A DNA stretch of 64,000 nt. It comes from Paraspadella gotoi (taxonomy: Eukaryota; Animalia; Chaetognatha). The stretch spans positions 10,619,042 through 10,683,041 of the forward strand of contig CM119265.1 in assembly GCA_051294375.1 (NCBI GenBank), given 5' to 3'. Numbering within the stretch: position 1 is the stretch's first letter; every line of letters begins with the position of its first letter. A program made the position numbers and the translations under genes. The notes beneath the pieces were generated by a model. It ran no database searches. It was not told the DNA's origin and was given only the letters and a program-made list of their open reading frames with translations. Shown here piece by piece: positions 1-12,280 of this stretch.

Positions 1-1422
1 GAAGTGGGTATACCGTGTGGTCCTAAAGAAATTTAAATGTTACGTTAACCTAAAGATCCTTTCGGGATTGACTGAACAAAAACTTCTTACCAATCGCTAG
101 ACTTGGGTCAATAATTACATTCTTTTCACTTATGTTTTCCAAATAATCTTTGTAGGCTGGAGTCAATAAATCCGCTGATTTAATACATTGCGTTAAAGAG
201 TAGCCCACGGAGAGATCCTCTTCCTCTGTAAACAAACTCGAATGGAAACAGGTTTGCCTAGTTATATCTCTAACAGTAACATTTAAGGAATTATTACAAA
301 CATATTTTACTTTCTGAATATATTGTTCAATATAGACTCACCACCGGCCGTCCATTCATCTTGTGCTATGTACATTAGAGCCGGTATACAATATTGAGCT
401 ACGCCATATTCGTCCGGTTCATGGCAATTAATCATCCAAACGGGAAGCATTATATGTTCGAAATGCTAAAAAGCGTCAAAAGAATGTTTTCACTGTTGCT
501 TAATCGTTCAACTTATGTATTACATTCTCCGCTGACTTACTTGTGGGTACCCCACATGCTTATCTAAAGTTTTTAGCTCAACTTCCCTTATGCAGTAGAC
601 GATTCCTTCTACAGATGTATAAGGATTGAATTCAATGTTTGGAAAGCCACCAGCTGCTGGATCCTCTCCTTTAAAAGGAAAACTAGCATGTAAGAGAAAT
701 ATATGAAGAAATGACAAGTCCAAATCGGAAAATTACCTTTTTTATTAAATTTTAATTGGAAACCAAACAAAAGACCCCAGAATCTTTTTCGCATACTTCT
801 TTCTAAGTAGGTTGACATTCTGTAACAAGAAAAAAGTAGTATTCAATGAAAGTGGACGTCCGAAAAGGAAAATTAAATGCAACATATTGATTTATACCTG
901 TCAGGATTCATATCAAGACCATAAGCGAAGTAATACAAATAGCCGGGCGGAGGTTTGGCATTAACCCGAAAACAGAGAGGAGGATACGGCGCGATTGGTT
1001 CAGGACCATCGTCCTTCGGATTTCTAAATTATTATCTTAATTATTTTAAAGAAAAGAAATTAAGATTGAATAAAGCCGTATTAGTAATACGACTAATTAT
1101 GATTATTATGATTATTATTATTATGATTATTATTGATTATAAGATTTATTATATTAAGAATGAATAATGCCGTATTAGTAATACGGCTTTCATCAAAGAC
1201 TAACATGCGTGTTTTATGGGCAAAATTCAATCTCCCTTATCTTTCTAGTAAAAATTATTAATTCTCAAGATAATTTCTTGCGTCTTACTTTTCCTTTAAA
1301 ATAAGTTTTTGAGCCAACATTGAAGGCAGATTGGGCCCGGACCTGTAAGCACATATTACATTAATTTCAAAATCGGATTTTTTGGTAAAAAAATTTAATA
1401 GGAAAACTTACTCGTTAGACAT
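1..1422 (-). CDS. Gamma-glutamylcyclotransferase (GGCT/AIG2-like fold) protein, multi-exon, 3' end outside the window
   Basis: Exons 1422-1412, 1342-1289, 1023-898, 819-737, 668-541, 465-342, 225-91 and 22-1, all GT-AG with consistent phases. The translation includes GYLYYFAYGLDMNPDRM, GFQLKFNKKG, GFPNIEFNPYTSVEGIVY and LKTLDKHVGYPQHFE, matching the GGCT-like pattern YFAYGxNM...F.L.F.K...NI...VEG.LY...LD..EGYP. The start codon assignment is tentative. Confidence 0.8.
1073..1190. mobile_element. Small intronic element with palindromic ends
   Basis: AAAGCCGTATTAGTAATACG at the left and GCCGTATTAGTAATACGGCTTT at the right enclose an (ATT/ATG)n tract, inside the 1024-1288 intron of the GGCT-like gene. 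Confidence 0.4.
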
Positions 1423-1850
1423 TGTCGCTTACATAAAGACTTAATTGATGAAAAGGGGTTACTAAAACTAGACACGATAAACAAGATCCGCGTCTGGCTA
1501 CCGAGGAGCATCATGAAATCTCTAATCTCGAGTCAAATCTCAAGAAGGGAAAGAGGAGCTTTGGTGACGTCATCCTGAAAAAGTCAAATCTGATAAGGAA
1601 GAACTAACGACGAGCTTATATCAAACTCTAGCAAGCTTTTTAAATAAATTAGCTTATATGGTAAAAAAGCTCAATTATAAACTAGTAAACAACATTATGT
1701 TATTTATTATTCGTGTAAAAGGCAAAATCTTCAGGAACTACAATAACAGGAGTATGCCCATTAGTATAGGCGTGGAACTGGTTTATGTTTATAAAAAAGC
1801 CAAATCTTACGTTTTACTTTTAGTCACAGTACCCAAACCCAATATTAATA

Positions 1851-3240
1851 GGGTAGTGCGGGGTAATTCGGAACACTTTTTGAAGTATTCAAATTTTTCA
1901 CATACACTGCGGCTCAAAAAAAAAGAAGACACTCGTTAGCTTTAAATACCTATTTCTTTATCAATTTTGATAAAATATTTATGAAAAATATAACTTTTTT
2001 AAAAAGCCAACAATTGGTACAAGAAAAAAATTAATTAGTTCAGGCAGTAGAATACAGCAATACTTTAAAATCAGTCTGAAAATATAATTGGGAAAAAATG
2101 ATTTTTGGAGGTTAAGTTGATGATACTTTTTTTACTTACTGATGATAAAAGATTATTTTTTTATATAGTTTTCTTAGCAAAAAACACCAATTACTCGTGA
2201 TTGGATGGATGGATTGGAATGAAATTTTGTGTGTGGGTAGGGAAGTGTGTGATTGAGCTGGATATGAAGTTTCGATGGAATCGTCCGAGTTTTACCCCAC
2301 CCTGGGATAAAACGGAACACTTAATATATTATGTATAATTTTTTATAATATTAAAAAAATAATAATAATAACTAAAACACTATTATTTGAAGCATATTGC
2401 CTCTCATTGATGTTTCATGTATAAAAAAATTTTAAATCTTACATTCTTAAGTGGGTAATATAATTTCTAATACCATGTTCTCACTTTTAAAAAATTATTG
2501 AATGACAATAGATACCAAATTTGTATATATTTTTAGATTTGTAGTATTTTTTACAAAGTTTTTTATTTCTTTTCATTCCTGAATATCGTCCCCATCTTTC
2601 TTTTCAATTAATATTGGGTTTTTTCCCTTTTTTATTTCCAATGTTATTTTTTCTAATTCTTTTTTATTTATAATTTTTATTTATATTTTTAAATTATATT
2701 TTATTTTTATTTTCTTTTATAAATTTTTATATTTATATTAATTTTATATTTTGTCTCAAACTAATTTTTTAACAATATTTAGGCGTTAAATTCCTTTCCA
2801 AACTTTTGTATATTTTTTATTGCTAAAAAACATTAATAGTATAATAATTTTTTTGCCTAATAATTTAACAAATGTTGCTAACTTTTCAATACTAAGTAAA
2901 TACGTTATAAAAAGCATATGAGGTAACACAGAATACTTACTTTTTAGGTGTTCCGTTTTAACCCAATTTAATTGTCGCTATGTAAAAAATAATTGAATTA
3001 TTTTCTCTCGTCTATCATATATTGATATTCCATAATCATATTACTGACAGGATTGAAAACGACTACCCAAAGACGAAATTTGACTAGCAGCTTTGAAATG
3101 AATACTGTAACTTTAATAATGGAAAGTCAGGGTGGTGAAATATTTAATGCACCAAAAAATATTTTAAAATATCTCTAAATAATTTTTTTAATTTCATTTT
3201 ATAATATATTATATTATATTATTTTCACCCCGCACTGCCC
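1851..3240. mobile_element. Non-autonomous TIR DNA transposon (Tc1/mariner-pogo type)
   Basis: TA|GGGTAGTGCGGGGTAA ... TTCACCCCGCACTGCCC|TA gives about 17-bp imperfect TIRs with a TA target duplication. An inner inverted pair TGGGATAAAACGGAACAC (2303) / GTGTTCCGTTTTAACCCA (2965) is present. No transposase ORF. Confidence 0.6.
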
Positions 3241-3530
3241 TATGCTTTGCACCGCGACGCAAAAAAAAGGAGTCACTTGTTATAATAAAAATTATTATAA
3301 CAATACTTTACAATTTAGGTCTCAAAATAGAAAAAGGAAAACATTTAAATGCAATATTATTGTAAGGGGTTATTTTAATTTGATTTAACAAGAGATGCCA
3401 TAAAGAAATAAACTTGATTGTGAAAAAGCTTTGAAAATAACCTGGAGTAAGTTATTACTCAACTGCTTTTTTCTTACTTTGAAATATATTTAAAGGAAAA
3501 TAACGAAATTTGTATTTTTTTACTACAAAG

Positions 3531-3663
3531 TTAGGAAAAACAGTTTTTAAGGTCAACAACGATTTATTATTGGATATAAGTCGTTGATATATAAAGAGTT
3601 GAAACTTGTCCGACTTATATCCAATAATAAATCGTTGTTGACCTTAAAAACTGTTTTTCCTAA
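3531..3663. repeat. Perfect 53-bp inverted repeat with 27-nt spacer
   Basis: 3531-3583 is the exact reverse complement of 3611-3663. Confidence 0.9.
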
Positions 3664-4462
3664 TTTACAAACACAACGAAAAGAAAGAATCATAACAATA
3701 CTACAAAGTTTAAAAAAAAACGAAATTTAAAAAAAAATATCCCGACAGAGATATTCGATGCTGAATTGGTTCAACCAGTTCCATATTATAAACTTTTATA
3801 ATAAGAAAAAAAAATTCACGGCGGATTTTTTGTACCAATACATAAGACTATCGTCCTATAATTTTCGAACGCTTTGCTAGATTTTAATGGGAATTGGACC
3901 AATCGCGTTATCTTTCTTTCTTTATATTATATATATATATTGCTNNNNNNNNNNTATATATATTGCTATATCTCTGTAGTTTTTAGCCATCAAATACGGA
4001 TTTTTTGTGTGAAAAAAGTAGCTACTTTTTTTGCGCCACAGACCGATTTATTTTACCAAATATTTTTAATCGCTACAGTAGTAAAATTTAAGATGATTTA
4101 GCTGAGAATGCAAATAAATTATCAAACAAATTAACTAGACTAATGGACGGCGTTTTTAATACAGCTGCACACGGCGCTCAGTCAAGCAATCATTATTTAA
4201 AATTACCAAAAATTAAATTTCACTTCATTACATTTTATGACTAAATGCGGTTATGTAATCCGAATAAAGTTTAATATTTTATTTGCAGCCTTATTGCCCA
4301 TGCCCAGGTATTGTTAAATTTATATATAATTAGAAGAAATATTTTATCAAAATTTTTTAAATAATATATGAAAGTAATAAAATATAAATGAAAAAAAATG
4401 GCAGAGCTGTCTTCATTTAAAAAAAAAACGATAACAATTCTTGAAAATTTGGAATCGGGGGA

Positions 4463-7400
4463 TCAAATGCTTTCGTACTCTCCACCCACCCCGCTGCCAC
4501 CGGCGCTCGCTCCGAGAAATTCCATTGCCTGCGTGGACCGAGTATAAATGAACTGATAGTTTCTGTTTTACAATTTCAAAGGCATTTTCGAGGTCCTAAG
4601 AGAAAAGACTTAATTAAATCAATCACCCAACCTGCTGCTCTTCTTTAGAGTGTTTCTTAAAGACTTTCTTCGAAGATTTATGCTTCTTTTTCCCTCCGGA
4701 TTCGTCGTCCTCTTTTAAGTCCTTATCCTTGTGTTTTTTCTTTTTCTTATGCGCCTTTTGTTGGTGATCCTCGTCCTGACGAAATTTTTCGTTTTCAAAA
4801 TAAACAAATATTTGAACAAAAAAAGTATTAAATAAATCAGTGTTGACCCCGTCTTACTTCAGTCTCTTTTTTCTTCTTTTTACTTTTCTTCTTTGTATCG
4901 GCGGATCGTTCGGATGACTCGGAAATGTCGCAAACGCTCGAGGAAGGAGCTAAATGGGACGATAGAGAGATTTACTAAGTCAAAAGTTTCTAAGTGCAAT
5001 ATCTTGCAAGCAAACAAAACAATCCGTCGGTAATCGCCGCACGCAGTTCCCATCATCACCAGTATCATTACTCAGCATCGCCGTCGACGCCATGTTTCCG
5101 ACTTTCTTCCCGGCGTCGCGGTCTCCATCGACGGAGGAGACGCCGCTCTGGGTCTCCAGGAAGTGGAAGTCGTCGAGAGTGAGGGAAGTGATGAGAGGCG
5201 GCGGGAGAACGGAGTTCGTCGAGGATGCGTGAGGGGTCGCCGTCTGAGACTGCTCAATTTCGAGCGCCCGAGATTCCGCGTCGTCGGAGTGAACCTCCTG
5301 TTAATCGAATCTCTTAAAGTTAAAGTTCAACGAAAGTTAAAGTTCTTTCTCCTCATTTTAAGTCCCGCGTCACTCGCCTCATTCGCGCCAAAAACAGTCG
5401 AGGTCGTCGCGGGAGTTTCCTCGTCTAACCAGCTCTGCAATGCGTCGTCGTCGTGGTCCACTCGCTCAACCGGCGCGACGGTTCGAATTTCTGCAGCGGA
5501 GACTTCGTGAGAGGGAGAGGGCGGCGAGACGCTGGGGATGCTCGAGGCCCCCGACGGTAAAGTTCTCGAACGAGAAGGCAAGTTGAAATTCGTCGTGTCG
5601 GGAAAGTCAAGATTTTTGAGTCTGGCTGAGATACGTTTGATTTGGGGATCCTCCTCATCGTCGTCTTCGGATGCGCGAGAGTCGACGATGAGACGCGGAG
5701 AAAGAACCGCGGGTTTGAGCTTCAAGTCTTCTGGGTTGATGTCCTCTTGAAAAGCGGCCACCATAGGATTTGCGTCTTCATCACTGAGGCAAGAGAGGGA
5801 ATATCCATGATTGTCTAGTTTTAACAAACATATCGTATCGTAACTGACCTATCTGAATCTGGGTCCTTCAAGGTCGTCGAAGTCCCCGCTTCACTGTTGC
5901 CCACGTCGTCCAAGAAACTGTTCTCGATTCCGTCTTCAAGAACGAAATCGTCGACCGAGAGGATCCCGCCAGACGAAAGGTTTTTCGCCGTCAAATCGGG
6001 AATGATCGAAGCCGAAGACGGAGGAAGCTCTAAAAAGTATTCATAGTATTTAACTTTATATTATTTTCTCTATTTTCGTTGCTAAGTGAATATTAAGAAA
6101 TAAATAATAAACCTTTCTTAGTATTTAACTTATATATATTTAAAACCGGTCTCTTAAACTATTTAGTAGTAACTAACCGTTGACAGCGGGCGAAGAGGAT
6201 TTCGACGACCGTTTTTTTGGCGTGTCACTCGGAGACGCTTTCGCCGGATCGTAACCCGCAGTGGCGGAGGCGTCAGAGAAAGCGCCCGAGAAACTGGAGG
6301 AATTGATTGCAAGGGGCGCGGGGGAAGAAGAGGGAGAGTCAGTCCGAGGGGTGGACCCGCGATAGTCGATCTGGCCTCTGGAGGCAGAGGGATGAAGGGT
6401 GGGAGTCAACGCACGAGGAGTCGGAGGTTTCGTCATTCCTGAGAATCGATTGAGAATCGATTGAGAAGCGTCTAGATTTTTCACTCAAGCTTTGTACCTC
6501 ACACTGTTTTTAATCATACTTGGGTAAAAGACTGCCAATTGCAATCCGAAAAGGTCAAGCTTTTTAAATGTACAATATACAAGTTTTAGCGACAAGTTTA
6601 ATTTCCAACAATTAAAACATAAGTAAATGAATGTTTCGTGTCATCTAACTCTCAAAGAGTCTTACCCTCTTCCAGGCACAAGTCGAGTTGCGGGCAAGGG
6701 GGTTTTGTCTCCACGCCCTCGTCCACCGATTTTCGCTTCACTTTAAAGTCCGACGTTGGCGTCGGCTGCAGCGGAGGGAGACGAACGGAAGCTGGCGAGG
6801 GCGAAGGCGCGAGCGGCGTCGATGCGACAGAGTTGAAAACACCGTCCGCGGGGAAACCGCCTCTCGTCGGCGTCGTGGGAGTCTGGAGAGAGAAAATTTA
6901 ATATATTTTAATATATATTTATTTAGCCAAACAACGTAAAGCGATCTCCGAACGTTCATCTTTTAATAATTAAACGACGCAAGCCCAAGCACTCAATCAC
7001 CAACGCACCCTTTGCGGCGTCCCATCAACCGAAGCTTTCCTCTGCTTCAAATTCTGACAGAAGAGTTCGTAATTCTGTTCTTCCGAATCCATCAAAGCGT
7101 CGAGCTCGCGCCGCGTGATCGACATTTCGCGCGCGTTTGTCTCCATTTGACGCTGAAGGCTCTCGCGCTGAAGAAGAGAAAAAGGTTTTAATTTTGAAAA
7201 ACCATTTTGATTGCAATACTAAACATTTACAGTATATTTTACATCACCTGTAAACTGAGAAAGGGAACATTGAAGAATCGGTGGAGAAATTTGAGTCCGA
7301 AGGCGGTTTTCATCGAAGACTCGGCGAAGCGAACTTCGGCGGCGTCGCTGCCGCGCTGAAGCGAAGCTTCTTCCACGAGGCACTCGTAGTCGCTCTTCAT

Positions 7401-8386
7401 CACCGCGCGAGAATTTCCCAAATCTCTGCGGACGAGAAAGTCGATTTCGCTCACGAGCTCTTTAACTTAATCTGCTACGCATAATGTACGCATTAAGTAT
7501 GCATCAGATACACATCACGTACCTGAAGTTGGCGAGGATGAGAACGGGGATTCGCGGCGGGATTTTGGGAAGTTCCTTCTTGACGTAGTCGACCGTCCAA
7601 GACTTGGTGATGTCAGTGACGATAACGACTCCATGGGTTCCTGAAATTCGCGGCAACGGTTAGATTTAAGGCTCCAAGTTTCCGAGCTTCGTCGACGCAC
7701 CTTTATAAACGTCGACCCACTCGGCATCGAGGACCGCCTCCTCCGCATCCTCCGGGAGCGAAGGCGCGTTGGCGATCTTCAAACCCGTCGACTTCTTTTT
7801 CCGTTTTCCGCGGTCGACCACGTCCCAGACCTGAAGGGAAAGGGGTTATGAACTAACAAGCAAATGAAATTGTAGTCTCTTTGAAAAGTATTAAATACAT
7901 AATAGTAAACAAATTGTATAAAAACTTATGGCCATCTTTAGGATAAGACAAACTTATCAAGCATTCCTCCTCCGTTACTGAAAGTGACTTTCCTCAACTT
8001 TGACGACGTCGTCCGTCGTCTTGTAGCTCCAATTGATGCTCCCCACTTGGATCTCTTCCGTGGGCGCGTACTCCTCGCTAAAGATTTGCCCTTTGAGACG
8101 TTGAAATAGCGACGTCTTGCCCGTATTACGGTCACCGCGAATGATTATTTTCACTGAAGTTTGTGGAAGACATCAGGATATTTCGAATTATGAATAATTG
8201 TGGGTAAAACTCACTGTTATATTGCACCCCGCGGGCGAATCTCCTCTGCAAGGCCGCCTCCATATGATGTATCCCCGGGGAGGCGCCGCCAGGCCCGCTA
8301 CGGGGCGTGTCGGGCCTTTTCCCGTTGACGCCATCGGCGGCGCCTTCATCCTCCTTGCCGAACCTTTTTCGGAATGCCGAAAACAT
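4463..8386 (-). CDS. RABL6: Rab-like protein 6 (RABL6/PARF/RBEL1), 15 exons, about 848 aa
   Basis: Exons 8386-8215, 8153-7993, 7830-7701, 7640-7523, 7425-7248, 7167-7009, 6882-6666, 6438-6178, 6029-5849, 5783-5378, 5297-5060, 4949-4858, 4775-4632, 4595-4572 and 4528-4463 total 2547 nt in frame. Diagnostic motifs: [83 protein letters not shown], a Lys-rich tail and terminal GGEYESI*. The donor at 5060 is ambiguous. Confidence 0.93.
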
Positions 8387-9693
8387 GATCCAAACGCGGT
8401 GAGAGTCTCAACGACCGGACATCGTCGTCGCAATTGATTTTTAGGACTAAGTCGGAAATAAAAGTCTAAATCAGAATATATTACGCAGTTTCGTTTGTCC
8501 TTTCAACAACACGTTCACGAATCTTGGTCCATTAAGTGCGCGGGGCGTCTCTGCCGGGCGCGTGGAGACAGCTGTCACGGACGTCACAACTGCCAACAAC
8601 ATTCCGGGTCCAGATTCTCAGACTCAGTCCCAGTTCTCGAATCTGGACTCGGCACTCGGCAGTCGGTGCTCGACCAAGTCGCAGACTCGAACAAAAGGCC
8701 ATCGATTCAAAAGACTATCGCCAGAAAACATCATTTTATTCAATTAAATCCTCTCCATTTCGATTATTTATTTTTATACTCTGATGGGAAGATGCCGACA
8801 TTTAATTTTTCAAATTTTTATTCAGGATAAAATCGTCGGGGAAAAGCTTTGTTGTGCGCGCCAAACCTGAGAGCCCCATGAATGCAATTGCATTTGCGAG
8901 CAGCGATGGCAGAACGCGCGACCAGACAGACGGACGTACTTTTCTTTCCCGTTCTGTGCACCCGACTAGCGTAGAGCCATTCGTGACTAAACGCGTCACA
9001 CCCCATTCGGAGCTCGAATTCTTTTTTCGCGTCATTTAAATGATAACTTGTTATTCCTAACCTTATCAACGATTGCGTTGGAAATGAAATGCATCACTTT
9101 AGCACAAATTGTTTTTTCACGCTTGTTTTACCTAAAACAAGGTTTATCTTTTCTTCACAGTGTTCCTTGGATAAATTTCTAAAACTACGAAATGCCCTTT
9201 TCATGTCAGAGAATCTTTTTTATGTTAATAAGCGAACCTCATATGAAGGCTAAAAGATATGTCTTATTGTCCACATGAGCCTTCTTTTTCTAAGATGTTG
9301 TGGTGACTCATGTGGAGAGATCAGAAAACATCGTTGTCGTCGTAGCTGTTTTTCGAATCATTCCAGCTCCATACCAAAATGTTTCCTGCTGAGTATTAAT
9401 CACATTGTTGGCTTGTTTCGTTATTTTCAGTTTTAACTGTCATGTTCAATGTCCGTACTTCTTTTATGGTTTTTAAACAAGTAAGAACTGCTACGCTTAA
9501 TAAAACAACAATCACAAGAATGGAAAAAATCATGACTGATATGATGATTTTGTGATAAAATACTAATTTTTTTTTATTTCGGAATTCTTAATGGAGTTAC
9601 TACCCCCTTGTTTGGTTTCGGGCGAAATGTAAATATCGCAAGGAGGTGTTTTCCTCCTTATTTCTAAAAACTTGGGTTTTGTTTGCGGTTGTT

Positions 9694-9751
<58 letters not shown>

Positions 9752-9778
9752 CTCTCTCTCTTCTCTCTCTCTCTCTCT

Positions 9779-9819
<41 letters not shown>

Positions 9820-10610
9820 TTAATCTTTACTTTCATTCTTTTAGAAATTTGTATCCCATAAAAGAATTTTTTATTTTTATTTTTGAAATGAGTGTTTATT
9901 CTAGTTTTCATGGGTCACGATTCTGGAACTCGTGTCCACGAATTTCGTTTTGTCCCCAGCCTCCGCTCTGTCCCTCTCCCTTCTCCTTCTTCCGACTTAG
10001 GCCCTGGTCGAAATTCTCTTTCTAATCTTGGATCGGATTCGAACAACTCGCCTACTTTTCATGATCTTCTCTTCTTGGATGCGTTAGTTCAAGATAGAAG
10101 AATTTTCCCGACAGTTTTTTCTCTGCTTCTTTTTTTTACATTCCAAGATTTTCTTTAATATCCATTCATCGAAATCGTTTATCATTGAATTTTATTTTTT
10201 TGTTTAAAAAATACACAAAATTTTCTCTAAACTTTTCAAACTACATAATGAAAGGTTATTCTACACAAGGAAATATGTTCACCATAATAACTTTAAACAA
10301 TTTATTTTCAAGCTCCTCAGCTTGGCCCTGGGGGATTCCAAACTTTAAATTGGTAATGAAAAATGTTTTCGAACTGATTTTAAGTTCAAAAGTTTAATCT
10401 AAAGTTTTATTCACTGATCCTTTTATATTCGTTGAAAGAAAATAAGCAGATTTTTAGTCGTAAAATCTGACTACATTTATCCTTCAATTATTTTAAGTAT
10501 AAAATCAAACAACTCCATAACTTCTGAGCCACCGATAAAACAATACTTACCACATTATTATTAGCTGTATAACCGAAATCTATATCTGAAGTTGCGTAAA
10601 CAAACAGCGA

Positions 10611-10661
<51 letters not shown>

Positions 10662-11033
10662 CCTGCGGGTAATGTCGAAAGATCAGCCGGCATAAGTTGC
10701 AACATTAAAATTTTCATCTGAGCAAGTTTTCGGAAAAGCTCATTCGAAATACCTGTTTTTGATTTTCATACATTTCTTTCGAGTAACCTACAGTACAGGT
10801 TTCTAAAAGAATTATCTTTTACCGCTTCTGTTCTAAATTTAACCCACACTAGTTAATATAATATAATTCGATATATTTTTTTCAGATTAATATTAGACCT
10901 AACTATTACGAGCACCATACTTCCAAAAACGTGACGTTATCGACGAAACTAGCATCGGAAAACGAAAACGAATACGAATTATTAATTAAGAATAAAATTC
11001 GTGCCTTCGCCGAGCCCCTCGTCACCTTTAAAG

Positions 11034-11605
11034 ATGGCGACAGTGATCCGTGTCTACATTTCAACTTCCCCCGGAAGTTTAGACAAGAAGAAGAGAATGG
11101 AGAGGACGGTGAACGTTCTCAATGGATTCGCTAGCCGCATGGGTTACACGTTAGGTGAGTGATTTGTATCTCAGCTCAGGCATTAAATTGTTGTTATAAT
11201 AGAAATAAATTTTAAAAAAACTACTTCTCAATAATGTTTGTCCTTTTTTTAGTTTTTAAAAATACCTTATTACAAACAAAAACTTAATAAGAAAAAGTCT
11301 TGACATAATTCATCGATTTTTTAAAGAAACCATTGACGTCGCTGACCTCGAAAACAAGGAAGCAAAAGACTTCATGTTGTCGAACGTGAGTTAATTTTTG
11401 TTATATGCTCAAGACGTTTTCTATAGTCATAATTCCTGTATTGATAAATCTATCTGTCAATCCACTTTAGGGCCACAAGGATGATAAAGGCCAAGTTGCT
11501 GCGCCGCAAATATTCAACGGTGACGAAGTTTGCGGAAACTACGATGAGTTCGACTTCGCAGTTGAGGACGAGCGACTCAAGGATTTCCTTCACCTACCTT
11601 CCTAA
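11034..11605 (+). CDS. SH3BGRL: SH3 domain-binding glutamic acid-rich-like protein (thioredoxin-like fold), 3 exons
   Basis: Exons 11034-11154, 11327-11385 and 11471-11605 (GT-AG) give MATVIRVYISTSPGSLDKKKRMERTVNVLNGFASRMGYTLETIDVADLENKEAKDFMLSNGHKDDKGQVAAPQIFNGDEVCGNYDEFDFAVEDERLKDFLHLPS*, with the family motifs VIRVY.S and PQIFN...CG.YD.F..A.E. Confidence 0.9.
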
Positions 11606-12145
11606 TTTCTTTATATCTTTTTCTAGAAGTTTTAACCTTTTAGATCATTTATTATTTTGTCTTTTCTTTACAAATTGGGAATGAGAAAAAAAGGTTTTTC
11701 GGTTTTTCTTGGCCCGCTCCCGCTGTCACATTCTTGCTTGTTATTCGATTCGATCAAATCGACCAGATGAATATAAAATTTTGTCTTTTCTCTACTTTTT
11801 TTCGTTTTCTACTATTTGACTGCAATTTGTATATTGAGCTCAATTCTACCATTTAACAGCCATTTCGTGAATTTCGTGTTTCTGCTGCCCGCTTGAAATT
11901 GTGAACCCAATAAAATTTTATAATTTTTACTATTTCCGTTTTCTTTTAATTAAAGACACCTACACAGTGAAAATTATTGGAGTGTACAGTGTACACTGTA
12001 CACTGTACATTTTGAAAGAAGTATAAATATTAATGTTATAACTGACCATGGAATCGGTTGACCTCCCGATCAAAAGCGCAACGCCGAGCACCGAGGCAAA
12101 AATGTTCCAATTTCCAACGTCAGATGGCAGAATATTCCTTCGGTT

Positions 12146-12183
12146 CATTCTCTCTCTCTCTCTCGCCATCTCATCCGTCTCTC

Positions 12184-12254
<71 letters not shown>

Positions 12255-12280
12255 GTGTCTCTCTCTCTCTCTCTCCTCTT
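12146..12280. repeat. (CT)n microsatellite, representative of many
   Basis: Direct dinucleotide run. Similar tracts occur at about 9695, 10613, 13560, 16787, 24120, 25930, 31215, 39355, 40930, 44720 and 48070. Confidence 0.9.

Noticed and set aside
8495-9069. Short ORFs divergent from RABL6
   Set aside because: No family similarity recognised and no consistent spliced frame could be built.
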